The notes: generated by a model not told the origin, from the letters alone. Counted from the stretch's first letter, positions 48,001 to 57,145 are shown. The stretch: 64,000 bases of DNA from an uncultured Myxococcales bacterium (GCA_903895725.1 CAITUV010000030.1:8603-72602); one strand, 5' to 3'. Numbers and translations: made by a program.

Positions 48001-48629
48001 CCGCTGACCATGCCGTCGTCGCTGACGAAGCGGATGTCCGTCCGCCCCTTCTGGCGGTGTGCGAACACAACCTTGTGGTAGCGGGTGACGTCGCTGGAGG
48101 AAGGCCCCCCGCACGTCTCGGGGTGGAGGCCCTGGATCGAGTAGAGAATGGGGCTGAGACGGGGGACCAGCTCGTCCCCCGGAAGCTCCGTGAGCTGCTC
48201 GATGTGGCTCACTGCGGGGGCGACTCTCCAGATGTCATAGCCTTTCCCCCGCACGGCCTTTCGGGAGAAGACGACGGCCTGACAATCGGGCTGGAAGTCG
48301 GGGTAGAGGTCGTCCTCGGGGCCCTGGGTGGCCTGGTACTCCCTGCCATCTCGCAGGTCACGCACCCAGATGTCGTGGTCTCCCTCCTGGCCACGCACGA
48401 AGACGACGAGCGGCTGGTCGGGACAGACTCGCGGCTGGTCTCCCTGGAAGAGGGGGGTGACCGGACCGAAGCACCCCCCCTCGGGAAGCGACGGGATGCG
48501 CGGTGCGCGGGGGGAACCGGAGCTCTTCGACTCCTCCACGGTCTTCGAGGGGCGGGCTCCGGCCCGCACCGGCGGGGGCAACACGGCAAGGAGCAACAGC
48601 ACGACAATACAGGACCGGCACGTTCTCAT
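45099..48629 (-). CDS. large secreted hypothetical protein with N-terminal TolB/PD40-like beta-propeller-type repeats
   Basis: Start trimmed to MRTCRSCIVVLLLLAVLPPPVRAGA (cat 48627-48629). Repeats such as PLVVFVRGQEGDHDIWVRDLRDGREYQATQGP / CQAVVFSRKAVRGKGYDIWRV / SPDGKKLYFSCNHEGKRHVCV; acidic GTEGTEGGTPDHTEGNAGHDAEGNAPPDAEGGEAPADENAGEG linker. C-terminal ~450 aa unassigned. Confidence 0.55.
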   Translation of the reverse strand: MRTCRSCIVVLLLLAVLPPPVRAGARPSKTVEESKSSGSPRAPRIPSLPEGGCFGPVTPLFQGDQPRVCPDQPLVVFVRGQEGDHDIWVRDLRDGREYQATQGPEDDLYPDFQPDCQAVVFSRKAVRGKGYDIWRVAPAVSHIEQLTELPGDELVPRLSPILYSIQGLHPETCGGPSSSDVTRYHKVVFAHRQKGRTDIRFVSDDGMVSGLVREKCEEASWTSDGLGMLFNCGGQLQLARADQLDPGSALARLDPARISQASQAIEKQNDNDYRSEEDNTTDREKLLNDPLRIKLFLSFGEPIWTSGGNVGQSTLSLNQMVALGTRSSKQGGTGLAGASTLDARGEWQDFALADSAAWPAWSPDGKKLYFSCNHEGKRHVCVTETTCPLQDLSDLVDYPALHQPGLSAHMAENGFAAGSSEDKEFFHILEKARYAGRGILVTPDMMLQAFADAVSRLSQEQEKRQAAVLLAFLKASLDWVREHAQSAKRGPWRHLAVGLAVPAVLLETGMAQFEPRFSGYYEPPEEEQETQEELEELARVNFDLTLDALTDEWFREDVRKAIQMLRDGATVELVEGELGAPRKVLIDFSMAIPRGHYDAPGFRQYFQAVTWLGLWPLPVDSSTVAWTWWLATPCTQAAPGVRGATGKAETHGTEGTEGGTPDHTEGNAGHDAEGNAPPDAEGGEAPADENAGEGSPAPADGEPSEAELDWYRACPAEALLATDRFAGALAGPAALPGVVHLVQLLRDRFGRTPMGNPPSPREVTAELKKVLGPLEIRTLEDAVGHGGASEGQEFFVLPKRLSADSKVWKKLTHPDVEMRGLPAALDLMAVLGAAWVESQVQVPEGESWTLDAWRSKVRTLREEWEAGSRGPGSGNLNDQWLELLAGLAALTPTGKLPRFMESSPYRLRLLMSALAGLAQVKHQMVLYSFQNYGVECDAWSPIVVLYEQPVKPRPAAYVEPVPAFYRGLAKLCAEAAAAMGGNVLPLPAPTDECPERLELTCNNIWDDTAPICPGTCMMARYQGRSPLQVLAWVLEVLAAVADKELAGTPLDEWEYRVVRTFGATLEELFLVQEKQDSGMTGADQGRQERGIALVADVYTNVQRKLVLHEAVGKPFLLFAHVPFDGRERIVEGAMLSFYEFTDPNRLDDASWWKLVTSEPARVRSYLPAWAAAFLDD

Positions 48630-48933
48630 TGCACTCTCCACGTGGCTTCCCGAACGTAGCATCGGGCAGGTTGCGAGTCAAAGGGCACGGGCCCGCCACC
48701 CCATCGACCCCATTCTTTCGAACCCCATGGGGAACCGGGGGGTGGCCCTGCGGCCGGTTCCTCACGTCGGCCTGCCATAGCCCCGGGGCCGGGAGCGGAC
48801 CCGGGGTCACTCTCTGAACCTTTTGACCGACCGCTTGGTCCGCTGCTATCATGCGCTCCGCAGGGTGGATTGATCGGACGGGGCACGAGCTGCGCACGGA
48901 GCAGGCGTGCAGGCAACCAGGATTGGTGCAGTG

Positions 48934-50946
48934 ATGGAGAAGGTTCGAAACTACCTCAAGGCCGCCCGTGTTCCAAAGCCGGTCGTGCGTCGTCTCCGCA
49001 TCCTGGCCTTTGACCCCAGCCTGGCAACCAGGCTGGCGACGGCGGCATTCAACGAGATCACAATCGTCGTGCCCTGGGAGGAGCTCCCCGCGGGACCTGT
49101 GGGAGAGTATGTGGAAGTCGTGGATGTCGACCCTGGAAGCGGGGTCTGCTACCACCCGGTCGAGCTGGACGACGCCCATCTACTTGCTCAAGATGGGCTT
49201 GCGCCTTCGGAATCCAATCCTCGGTTCCACCAGCAGATGGTGTATGCCGTCGCCATGACGACCATCAAGCATTTCGAGCGTGCGCTTGGTCGCGTGGCTC
49301 TCTGGGCCGACCGTCGGGTGAGGAAGGCTGACGGAAGCTATGTCGAGCAGTTCGTGCGGCGGCTGCGCATCTACCCGCACGCACTTCGCGGTCGCAACGC
49401 CTACTACTCGCCGGACAGGAAGGCGCTTCTGTTCGGCTATTTTCCGGTTGCGGCCAAGGATGAGCACAACACGCCGGGCACGGTCGTCTTCACGTGCCTG
49501 TCGCACGACATCATCGCCCACGAAACCACGCATGCGTTGCTGGACGGGGTCCACCCGCGCTTCTCCGAGCCCACCAATCCGGACGTGCATGCGTTTCACG
49601 AGGCATTCGCGGACATCGTGGCCCTGTTCCAGCACTTCACCTATCCGACGGTTCTTGAGAGCCAGATCCGCTGCACACGGGGGGATCTCGACAGCGAGAG
49701 TCTCCTCGGGCAGTTGGCACAGCAGTTCGGCAGGGCCACCGGACGCGGTGCGGCTCTGCGCGACGCCCTGGGCAGCTTCGATCCTCAAGCGAAGCGCTGG
49801 GTGCCCCGCCGACCCGATCCTCACGCCCTGGACCGGACCTGGGGGGCTCATGCCCGCGGCGCCATTCTGGTTGCAGCGGTGTTTCGAGCGTTCCTCCTCA
49901 TCTACCGAGCACGCACAGCGGACCTCTTTCGGATTGCCTCGCAGGGTACCGGAAAGCTCCCGGATGGGGAGATCCATCCCGACCTGACGACCCGACTCGC
50001 TTCGGAAGCCGCCCATTGTGCCGACCGCGTCCTGCAGATGTGTATCCGGGCAATCGACTACTGCCCGCCTGTGGACATCACCTTCGGGGGCTTCCTGCGA
50101 GGCATTATCACCGCCGACCTCGACTACTCGCCCGAGGAGAAGACCAGCTTCCGCATCGTCTTCATCGAGAGCTTCCGGGAGTGGGGGATCTATCCCCGAG
50201 GGATCGTCGGCATGGGGATCGATGCGCTGGAGTGGCCCACCGGCGAGGACCTGATGAAGGAGATGATGGCCGATGGCTCGCTGCAGAACATGCCGGACCA
50301 GATGAGGGTGCAGCTCGGGAGGTTCGTCCTGGAAGCCTCACGCAATTGGAATCTCGAAAGCGACCGGTTCAATGTGTGGCAGGATCTGGTCCGCGTGCGC
50401 CAGTTCCTGTGGACGTGGTTGCGCGAGGGCGACAGCCTTGGCCGTGACTACGCCCGGCTCTTCGGTCTCATCATCGATCACTCGGCGCCGCCGACCGTGA
50501 AACGAAAAGACGGCCAGCCGAGCGTCGAGATCCATTCGGTGCGTCCGGCCCTTCGCCGTACCGCCGCCGGCATGACCTCGACAGACCTGGTGATCGAGAT
50601 TACCCAGCGCCGCGACGGGTACTTCTGTCCCAGGAAGCAGGAGGAAATGGACGCCCCGGGAAGTCCTCCTCGAGGTGCCCGTGATCCCAAGCCCGATTTC
50701 TACTACCGCGCCGGTGCCACGATCATTATCGACCCAGCGACTCGTGAAGTGCGCCGCGTGATCCGTACGCCCGGCACCATTGCGGACAACGGGGAGCTCG
50801 ACCGCATGCGGAGATTCCTGTGCAGGGAAGGCTCCGGAGCGGACAACGCCTTCGATGGAGGCCTGGCTCGCAGCCTGAGCACCCTGGACCCGAGAGAGCG
50901 CGTGGAGCCGTTTGCGCTCATACACCGCATGGGGGAGGTGCGCTGA
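48934..50946 (+). CDS. cytoplasmic thermolysin-like (gluzincin, HExxH...E) zinc metallopeptidase domain protein, 670 aa
   Basis: ATG 48934 (the ORF track's GTG 48907 is also possible). No signal peptide. IIAHETTHALLDGVHPRFSEPTNPDVHAFHEAFADIVALFQHF gives HExxH plus a third-ligand Glu ~23 residues downstream followed by D (NEAxSD-like), as in M4/M36 gluzincins. ~330-aa C-terminal extension of unknown function. Stop TGA overlaps next start (TGATG). Confidence 0.6.
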   Translation: MEKVRNYLKAARVPKPVVRRLRILAFDPSLATRLATAAFNEITIVVPWEELPAGPVGEYVEVVDVDPGSGVCYHPVELDDAHLLAQDGLAPSESNPRFHQQMVYAVAMTTIKHFERALGRVALWADRRVRKADGSYVEQFVRRLRIYPHALRGRNAYYSPDRKALLFGYFPVAAKDEHNTPGTVVFTCLSHDIIAHETTHALLDGVHPRFSEPTNPDVHAFHEAFADIVALFQHFTYPTVLESQIRCTRGDLDSESLLGQLAQQFGRATGRGAALRDALGSFDPQAKRWVPRRPDPHALDRTWGAHARGAILVAAVFRAFLLIYRARTADLFRIASQGTGKLPDGEIHPDLTTRLASEAAHCADRVLQMCIRAIDYCPPVDITFGGFLRGIITADLDYSPEEKTSFRIVFIESFREWGIYPRGIVGMGIDALEWPTGEDLMKEMMADGSLQNMPDQMRVQLGRFVLEASRNWNLESDRFNVWQDLVRVRQFLWTWLREGDSLGRDYARLFGLIIDHSAPPTVKRKDGQPSVEIHSVRPALRRTAAGMTSTDLVIEITQRRDGYFCPRKQEEMDAPGSPPRGARDPKPDFYYRAGATIIIDPATREVRRVIRTPGTIADNGELDRMRRFLCREGSGADNAFDGGLARSLSTLDPRERVEPFALIHRMGEVR

Positions 50947-52448
50947 TGCCAATGCTCATGCCACCCAAGAACGGCGCAACCGTGCGCATGTACCGGCTGG
51001 GCCACGGCGACTGCTTTCTCATCGCGTTCGAGCGTGTTGGCGGGGAACGGCCGTACTACGTGATGATCGATTGTGGGTACAAGCCCGGCTCCCCCAACTT
51101 TCTCGAACACGGGATGAAGATTGGCGAAGTCGTCAAGCACCTCCACGATTCGTGTGGAGGGCATCTCGATCTCGTCATCCTCACGCACGAGCATCAGGAC
51201 CATCTGAACGGCATCTGGAAGTCCAGCAGTCCCTACTTCAAAGACTTCGAGATCGAGGAGGCCTGGGTCGCATGGACGGAGGATCCGATCAACTCCCTCG
51301 CCAACGACCTCCGTGAGCGCCACAAGGACCAGCTCCTGGGCATTCTCTCCGCCCGACGCGAGCTGGCTCTCAGTGTCGGCGAAGAGGATCCCACGGTGAA
51401 ACGTCTCGACTCGCTTCTCGGGATGGAGTTGGGAGGCAACAAGGAACGGCCGAGCCTGAAAGCGATGCTGGCCGCGGCCGAAGACCCGGAGAAGTCGGTC
51501 AACAAGCAGAGCATGAAGTTCATCAAGGAGAAGGCCGACACGAGGCGCGGCCGGCAGTACTGCTATCCGGGCCGGAAGCCCCTGTCTCTTGAAGGAACCG
51601 CGGGAATTCGGGCATTCATCTTCGGCCCTCCGGAAAGCGAGGAACTGATCGTGGACGAAGATCCGCATCCGGGAGAAGGCTTCCCGCAGGGACAGGCGTT
51701 CTCCTTTGTGGCGGCTGCCCGTTCCCCCCGGGAGGAGCGTGTCTCGCCGTTCAGCCGCCACTACTTCGTGCCCCGGGACGTCGCGTGCCAGGAGTGTCAA
51801 TTCTTCGCAGACCACTATGGCCAGGACGACAAAGCTGCAGACGTCTCCGACCGCAGCGAGGTGGCCGGCGACGCTCCGTGGCGGCGTATCGACGACGAGT
51901 GGCTCTACTCTGCAGAGGACCTGGCCATCAAGATCAGCGAGGGAATCAACAACACCTGCCTGGTCGTGGGCTTCGAGCTCCCGAAATCGAAGAAGGTTCT
52001 GTTCTTCGCCGCAGATGCCCAGCGGGGGAATTGGTACTCGTGGAAGGACCTGGAGTTCGAGGATGGCGGAGAGTCGGTCTCGGCCAGGGATCTGCTCAGC
52101 CGTGCCGTTTTCTACAAGGTCGGCCATCACGGCAGCCACAACGCCACCCTCTTCGGGTCCGCTGACGATGAGCATCCCAATCTGGGCTGGATGGGCCTCG
52201 GCTCGGCTGCCTCGGAGTTCACTGCGATGATTTCGGCGGTGAACGAATGGGCGCTGGGCGCTGGCTGGGTGCATCCACTGCCCTCGATCAAGGCGGCTCT
52301 CATCGAAAAGGCGCACGGCCGCGTGTTCCAGATCGACGAGAACGTGCCGGAGAAGCCGAGCTGGGTTTCAGCGGCGGAATGGAAGAAGTTCGAGGACAGA
52401 TCCGTCTTCGACGAGCTGTATTTCGATTGGCAAGTCACCGATGACTGA
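50946..52448 (+). CDS. metallo-beta-lactamase-fold metallohydrolase with ~250-aa insertion
   Basis: Start MPMLMPPKNGATVRMYRLGHGDCFLIAF (ATG 50946, translationally coupled). LDLVILTHEHQDHLNG (HxHxDH), later FFAADAQ (Asp) and YKVGHHGSHNA (His) complete the MBL motifs. The long ORF-track N-terminal extension from 50820 overlaps the upstream gene and is rejected. Confidence 0.7.
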   Translation: MPMLMPPKNGATVRMYRLGHGDCFLIAFERVGGERPYYVMIDCGYKPGSPNFLEHGMKIGEVVKHLHDSCGGHLDLVILTHEHQDHLNGIWKSSSPYFKDFEIEEAWVAWTEDPINSLANDLRERHKDQLLGILSARRELALSVGEEDPTVKRLDSLLGMELGGNKERPSLKAMLAAAEDPEKSVNKQSMKFIKEKADTRRGRQYCYPGRKPLSLEGTAGIRAFIFGPPESEELIVDEDPHPGEGFPQGQAFSFVAAARSPREERVSPFSRHYFVPRDVACQECQFFADHYGQDDKAADVSDRSEVAGDAPWRRIDDEWLYSAEDLAIKISEGINNTCLVVGFELPKSKKVLFFAADAQRGNWYSWKDLEFEDGGESVSARDLLSRAVFYKVGHHGSHNATLFGSADDEHPNLGWMGLGSAASEFTAMISAVNEWALGAGWVHPLPSIKAALIEKAHGRVFQIDENVPEKPSWVSAAEWKKFEDRSVFDELYFDWQVTDD

Positions 52449-52968
52449 GAACAGCCCCACGCACAGCGTGCCGGTCCCGGGTGAAGTCATGAAGACTGAA
52501 TCCGACGTAGTGGCCGTCCGTGGCGACTGGCTCGTTCGCGCAGACCGCCAGTCGGTCTACGCGATTGTTTCGGACTTCGAGCGCATGCCGGAGCATTTCC
52601 CGAAGGTCGCCCGCTCCATGCGCCTCGTTCAGCGCCATGGCGATGTGCTCACGCTCGAAGCGGAAGCGGCCTCATTCGGCTCGCTGTTCCCGGGAGTCAA
52701 GATCGAGCTGACGGCCACCCTGCTTCCTGGCCGAGGCTATCGCTGCACCACCCACAACTTGACATTCGATACCACCGGAGACGAGGAGCTTCTGCTCGTC
52801 GACGATCCGGAGGGCACGCGCATCCACTACACCTATTTCGTGAAGGTTCGCCGACGCTGGCTCAAGCCCCTGTACGCGTGGCTCGTTGCCAGGCTTGGCC
52901 TGCCCTTCTGGAAGCGGGCGTTCGTCGATCCCCTCGAATCGCTGGTGAAGAAGCGGCGCGAGACCTGA
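52441..52968 (+). CDS. SRPBCC (polyketide cyclase/dehydrase-like, Bet v1 fold) ligand-binding protein
   Basis: 175 aa; GDWLVRADRQSVYAIVSDFERMPEHFPKV... typical SRPBCC N-terminal strand-helix; overlaps the upstream MBL gene by 8 bp (operonic). Confidence 0.65.
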   Translation: MTENSPTHSVPVPGEVMKTESDVVAVRGDWLVRADRQSVYAIVSDFERMPEHFPKVARSMRLVQRHGDVLTLEAEAASFGSLFPGVKIELTATLLPGRGYRCTTHNLTFDTTGDEELLLVDDPEGTRIHYTYFVKVRRRWLKPLYAWLVARLGLPFWKRAFVDPLESLVKKRRET

Positions 52969-53092
52969 CGCAACTTGTCAACTGCAGGCCCGGCCCCGAC
53001 GGGTTGCTCGCACCTGCGGCTAGGGAGAGCATCGGCCTTGCAAACCACAGCGTATCCGTGCACAACGGACTGCGTAGACCGGGAGGCGATCC

Positions 53093-53857
53093 ATGGAGCG
53101 TTTCGCTCCGCCCACGTTCGCGCACACAGCCCAGGCCATCGGGGCCGGACGGTCCCCTGCCGCAGCGCTGGTGACCGTTGCGATGTTGAACGTTGCGTTG
53201 CTCCTGAGTGCGGCGTGCTCCGGTCAGACCGTCGGTTCGGGAACCTGTCCGGCCGTCGGTCCGAGCCCAGGTCCAGGTGAGTTGGGTCCGGGACGGGGAG
53301 AAGGCCCGGCATCCGGGGAGGGCAGCAGGGGGCAGAACGACCGGGTGCAACTCGACGGCAGCGTCGAGTTGGTCCGAACGGACGGAGTGCTCGAGCTGGT
53401 CCGCTCGGCCGACGGTGTTCCGCTGGCCCGTTTCCCAGGCGTGCTCCACTTCGAGGTGGCCGAAGTCGACGGAAAGGACGGGGCAGAGCTCCTCGTGCTC
53501 TGGCAGCCCGATGCCCCCGGGCAACAGCCCCGCATCTGGGTTCTGAGGCCCTCGGACAGAGGGTTTGGATACCTCTGGCGAGGCAGCCGGATGAGCGGTG
53601 CCGTGGAGGCTTTCGGCGTCGTCGAGCCCGCTGGAGACGGCCAGGAGCCGAAGTCCAGCTGCCTCGTCACTCGGGAAATGGCAGCGGATGGCTCGTCCGC
53701 TCTCCTGTCCTATCGATGGACCGGGTTCGGCTTCGGCCAGGGAAGGAGCGGGAAGGATGGCGTGATCGACTGCCTGGGACGCCGCTGGACGTGTGGACCG
53801 GGAAACTACCCGGAGAAGCTGCTCTGCTCCGAATCGGACGAATCTGTTTCCCCCTGA
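53093..53857 (+). CDS. hypothetical lipoprotein
   Basis: LNVALLLSAACSGQ lipobox (start may be at 53093 or the internal Met ~53180). Gly/Pro-rich linker then beta-rich domain; no family recognised. Confidence 0.45.
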   Translation: MERFAPPTFAHTAQAIGAGRSPAAALVTVAMLNVALLLSAACSGQTVGSGTCPAVGPSPGPGELGPGRGEGPASGEGSRGQNDRVQLDGSVELVRTDGVLELVRSADGVPLARFPGVLHFEVAEVDGKDGAELLVLWQPDAPGQQPRIWVLRPSDRGFGYLWRGSRMSGAVEAFGVVEPAGDGQEPKSSCLVTREMAADGSSALLSYRWTGFGFGQGRSGKDGVIDCLGRRWTCGPGNYPEKLLCSESDESVSP

Positions 53858-53906
53858 GTCGGCCGGGAGTATACTGCGCCGTCGTTGTGCCTACCCGGGA
53901 GGCTTC

Positions 53907-54833
53907 ATGGGCTTTGACGGGGCTACGCTCAAGGGGATCGGCCTGATGGTCGGAGCGGCCCTGTGCTTTGCCGTCATGAGCGCGATGTTCAAGATTGCCG
54001 TGGAGGACCTGTCAGTCTTCGAAGTGGTCTTCTTTCGAGGCTTCATCGGCTACCTGTTCATCGTAGCCGTGGAACGGTTCAAGCCCTCCCTCCGGATTGC
54101 GGGCAAAGACCGCAGGGGGCTGTTCCTCCGTGCCCTGTACGGGTACCTGTCCCTGGTCCTCTACATCCTCGTCATCGACCACGTCGAGCTGGGACTCGCC
54201 AGTGCGTTGAACCAGAGCTCTCCCATGTTCGTCGTGCTGCTGTCCTACTTCCTCCTGGGAGAGCATCCAAGGCTTCTGCTGCCGATGCTGGTTGCCGTGG
54301 CGTTTGCCGGCGTCTGTCTGATTGTGTCCCCGGATCTGAGCCGGCTCGACCCCTACGCAGCGCTCGGCGTCCTGTCGTCCGTGCTGGCGGCCATGGCCTA
54401 CATCACGGTGCGCAAGCTGCGGAACTCGGACCACCCCTGGGTGATCGTGCGGAATTTCACGATGTGGGGGGCGCTGCTGGCACTGCCCCCCATGCTGGCG
54501 CTGGGGTGGAAGTGGCCCACGCCGACACAGTGGGTCGTCGTGGGAGTATCCGGCCTGGCCGGGCTGTTCGGGCAGTTCATGATGACCCACTCCTACCGCC
54601 TGGCAGAGGCTTCGGTGGTCAGCCCCTTCCTCTATGTTTCCGTTCTGGCGAGCTTCCTGTTCGGCTGGTTCTTCTGGAGCGAGTGGCCGGCGCAGGGGGC
54701 GCTGATGGGCTGTCTTCTCCTGGTCGGCGCATCCCTGGCCATCGTGATCACCAACAGCCGCCAGCCAAAGCCTGGAGCGACCACGCCTCAGTCGGGGGCT
54801 CCAGTAGTCCCGACGGGACGACTCAATTCGTGA
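53907..54833 (+). CDS. EamA/DMT-superfamily transporter
   Basis: Start trimmed to MGFDGATLKGIGLMVGAALCFAVMSAMFKI. Ten TM segments in two EamA repeats; the upstream in-frame extension overlaps the preceding gene. Confidence 0.75.
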   Translation: MGFDGATLKGIGLMVGAALCFAVMSAMFKIAVEDLSVFEVVFFRGFIGYLFIVAVERFKPSLRIAGKDRRGLFLRALYGYLSLVLYILVIDHVELGLASALNQSSPMFVVLLSYFLLGEHPRLLLPMLVAVAFAGVCLIVSPDLSRLDPYAALGVLSSVLAAMAYITVRKLRNSDHPWVIVRNFTMWGALLALPPMLALGWKWPTPTQWVVVGVSGLAGLFGQFMMTHSYRLAEASVVSPFLYVSVLASFLFGWFFWSEWPAQGALMGCLLLVGASLAIVITNSRQPKPGATTPQSGAPVVPTGRLNS

Positions 54834-54921
54834 GCCTTTCGCAGTTCCTGCTGCCGTCCGGCCCTTCGCATTCCCTTCCGCCCGTCGCCTGCCCCCAACC
54901 CCGGGCTCCGGACCCTGGACG

Positions 54922-56880
54922 CTACTCCTCCACCTTCCCGTTGAGCCCCCCGGGATACGCGTAGCTGACCTTGTTGGCATAGCCGTAGGAGATGAGGCCG
55001 AAGGGCGCATCGGCCTCCAGGTGCACGACCCCCTCGGGAACGGGGACGTTGGCCACCTGCCAGTCGGTCCCCCCGATGAGCTCGAACGCAGCGGTCACCG
55101 GCTGGCCGTTGAGCTTGATCGGAGTGCCCCCCTTCCGCACCACGTTGACGAAGTTGTCCTCGTAGGCAGCGGGAACGAGGATCGGGTAGTCGGAGCGGAA
55201 CTGGTGCACCGGGATCAGGATCGTCATCGAGGGGTCGACCAGGACGTTGCCTCCTTCGGAATTCCCCGCGATGAACTGCACCACCTGGACCGGTCCGGTC
55301 CCCGTGATCTCGAAGCTCGAGTTGCTCGCGAAATGCTTCCATTCCCCCTTGTTGAGCGTTTGCCCGTCGATGTCGCCCACCGACGGAATCGTGTGGATCT
55401 CGTTGCCATTGGAGCCTGAAACGACCCGGTACTCGTTGGGAGCGGGCGTGTTCATGCGGCCCGCCACGTACGTCAGCCCCCACTCCTCCATAGGGAGGAG
55501 CTGCGTTTCCAGGTGGTCGCAATTGCTGTTCCCCACGACCCAGCACTGGTGACCGCCGAACACCGCCACCTTCTGGTTCGAGAGGATGTGACTCCCCGTC
55601 ATGTCGATCTCCGCGGCCATCATGGAGTTGGCCAGGCTGTTGACGGTCAGGACCTCCCACTGCTCCAACTCCACCTCGATGGTGCTCCCCTTTCCATACC
55701 CCGGGAAGTCGGGCCCCGGCTCGGTCGCCGCCGTCATGACCAGCGTCACGTTGGTCGTCCCCGGCTCCACTGCCACGATCACGGCGTACCCCCAGACCGA
55801 CGGCATCTTGCCGACCATGGGCAGCTCGGCACCGATCTTCGACGGCATGGAGACGACGTAGTGCTCCTTGCCCAGAATCGTCGTGGGGTAGAGCAGCGAG
55901 GCATCGGTCGTGTGCACGAAGTCCTCGTTGGTGGGAGGGTTGAATTGCGCCGCGGTCACCGGGTGATTGGTGCGCAGCCGGATACTCTTCTTCGTGATTC
56001 CGGTCTCCTGCAGGGACAACACCGGCATGATGAATGCCCTCGCTTCCCCGGGCGGCACGACCGGGTCATCGACCTGCACGGGCGTGCCGTCCCCCACCTC
56101 GAACGTGACCTTGGCCGGCAGCGCGTTCGGATTCCCCACCACGACCGCATGCGGGATGGTGCTGGCCGACGGGTCGAGGTTCGCTTCCCCCGGCTTGACC
56201 TCCCACTGCCCCAGATCCACGGACCAGAACTCGCATCCGACGTTGGACTGGTTGTACTTGATGTCCCCCGCACACCCGCTCAGGCACTTGCCGCCGATGC
56301 AGGTTTCCCCGTCCTCGCACGCTACCGCCGGACCCCAGCCGCTGCCGTCGGGCAGGCACTCGACGTAGGTCGCCGGATCCTGGCACTGACGCACCCCCGG
56401 GTTGCACTCGAACTCCCCGCAGGCGCCGTCGGCGCACTTCTGCCCCTCGGGGCACGGAAGTCCGACGTACCCCTTGCCCGACACGTGACACAGCTTGCGT
56501 GCCGACAGGGAGAAGCAGCCGGAAATCGACCCCGGCTCGCAGTCCTCTCCCGTCACACACGTTCCGGAAAGGCAGATCATCTCGCCAGAGCACACCTGGG
56601 TCGTGACCCATTGCCCATTCTGGCAGAGCTGGGCCGTCTTGTCGTCGAGGCATTGGGTGCCTCCGTCGGTGCAGACAGGGGGGGAGACCTGGTCGACCCC
56701 CTGCACATCGGTGGATTGGTCGGGGCGGAGATCGGTCCCCGGAACGACGTCGGCTGGAACGCCGCGTCCATCCGGAACATCGTCTCCGGCAAGGCCGTCC
56801 GGCTGCCCGACGTCCCCACTTCCGGAAGCCCCTGAAGCGCACGATGCCAGCACCAAGACCGTCAGGATCCATTTGGCCAT
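54922..56880 (-). CDS. lipoprotein with N-terminal Cys-rich (EGF-like) modules and C-terminal IgGFc-binding-protein-N-terminal-like beta-helix domain
   Basis: Start trimmed to MAKWILTVLVLASCASG (cat 56878-56880, lipobox). Cys modules CTDGGTQCLDDKTAQLCQNGQWVTTQVCSGEMICLSGTCV...; C-terminal ...QKVAVFGGHQCWVVGNSNCDHLETQLLPMEEWGLTYV... resembles the IgGFc_binding domain family. Confidence 0.6.
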   Translation of the reverse strand: MAKWILTVLVLASCASGASGSGDVGQPDGLAGDDVPDGRGVPADVVPGTDLRPDQSTDVQGVDQVSPPVCTDGGTQCLDDKTAQLCQNGQWVTTQVCSGEMICLSGTCVTGEDCEPGSISGCFSLSARKLCHVSGKGYVGLPCPEGQKCADGACGEFECNPGVRQCQDPATYVECLPDGSGWGPAVACEDGETCIGGKCLSGCAGDIKYNQSNVGCEFWSVDLGQWEVKPGEANLDPSASTIPHAVVVGNPNALPAKVTFEVGDGTPVQVDDPVVPPGEARAFIMPVLSLQETGITKKSIRLRTNHPVTAAQFNPPTNEDFVHTTDASLLYPTTILGKEHYVVSMPSKIGAELPMVGKMPSVWGYAVIVAVEPGTTNVTLVMTAATEPGPDFPGYGKGSTIEVELEQWEVLTVNSLANSMMAAEIDMTGSHILSNQKVAVFGGHQCWVVGNSNCDHLETQLLPMEEWGLTYVAGRMNTPAPNEYRVVSGSNGNEIHTIPSVGDIDGQTLNKGEWKHFASNSSFEITGTGPVQVVQFIAGNSEGGNVLVDPSMTILIPVHQFRSDYPILVPAAYEDNFVNVVRKGGTPIKLNGQPVTAAFELIGGTDWQVANVPVPEGVVHLEADAPFGLISYGYANKVSYAYPGGLNGKVEE

Positions 56881-56937
56881 CGATAATCTCCCCTTCAGCG
56901 GCGGCGGCGGCGGGGCGGCGGCGGCGGCGCAGAAGAC

Positions 56938-57145
56938 ATAGGACGAATAGGACAAATAGGACGAATAGGACTGATAGGACCCGCCGCCGCCCCCGAGAAA
57001 GAACGGCCCCTATCGCTGGATTGGCTTCCTAACATGAACAGCCGAGTCGCCCCATCTGCCATTGGTCAAACCCACCCCCTAGATCCGCGCCGCGTCCTAT
57101 GCCTCCCATGCGTCCTATTCGTCCCATGCGTCCTATTCGTCCTAT
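56938..57145. repeat. inverted pair of 7-mer arrays: 5 x ATAGGAC (period 9) at 56938-56982 and 5-6 x GTCCTAT at 57083-57145
   Basis: Read directly: ATAGGACGAATAGGACAAATAGGACGAATAGGACTGATAGGAC ... ~100 bp ... GCGTCCTATGCCTCCCATGCGTCCTATTCGTCCCATGCGTCCTATTCGTCCTATTCGTCC. Lies between the 3' end of the MopE-like lipoprotein gene and the 5' end of the IgGFc-binding-like lipoprotein gene; locally AT-richer than the surrounding sequence. Confidence 0.8.

Noticed and set aside
50820-50945. N-terminal extension of the MBL ORF
   Set aside because: Overlaps the peptidase gene in another frame; TGATG coupling at 50944-50948 gives a clean start.
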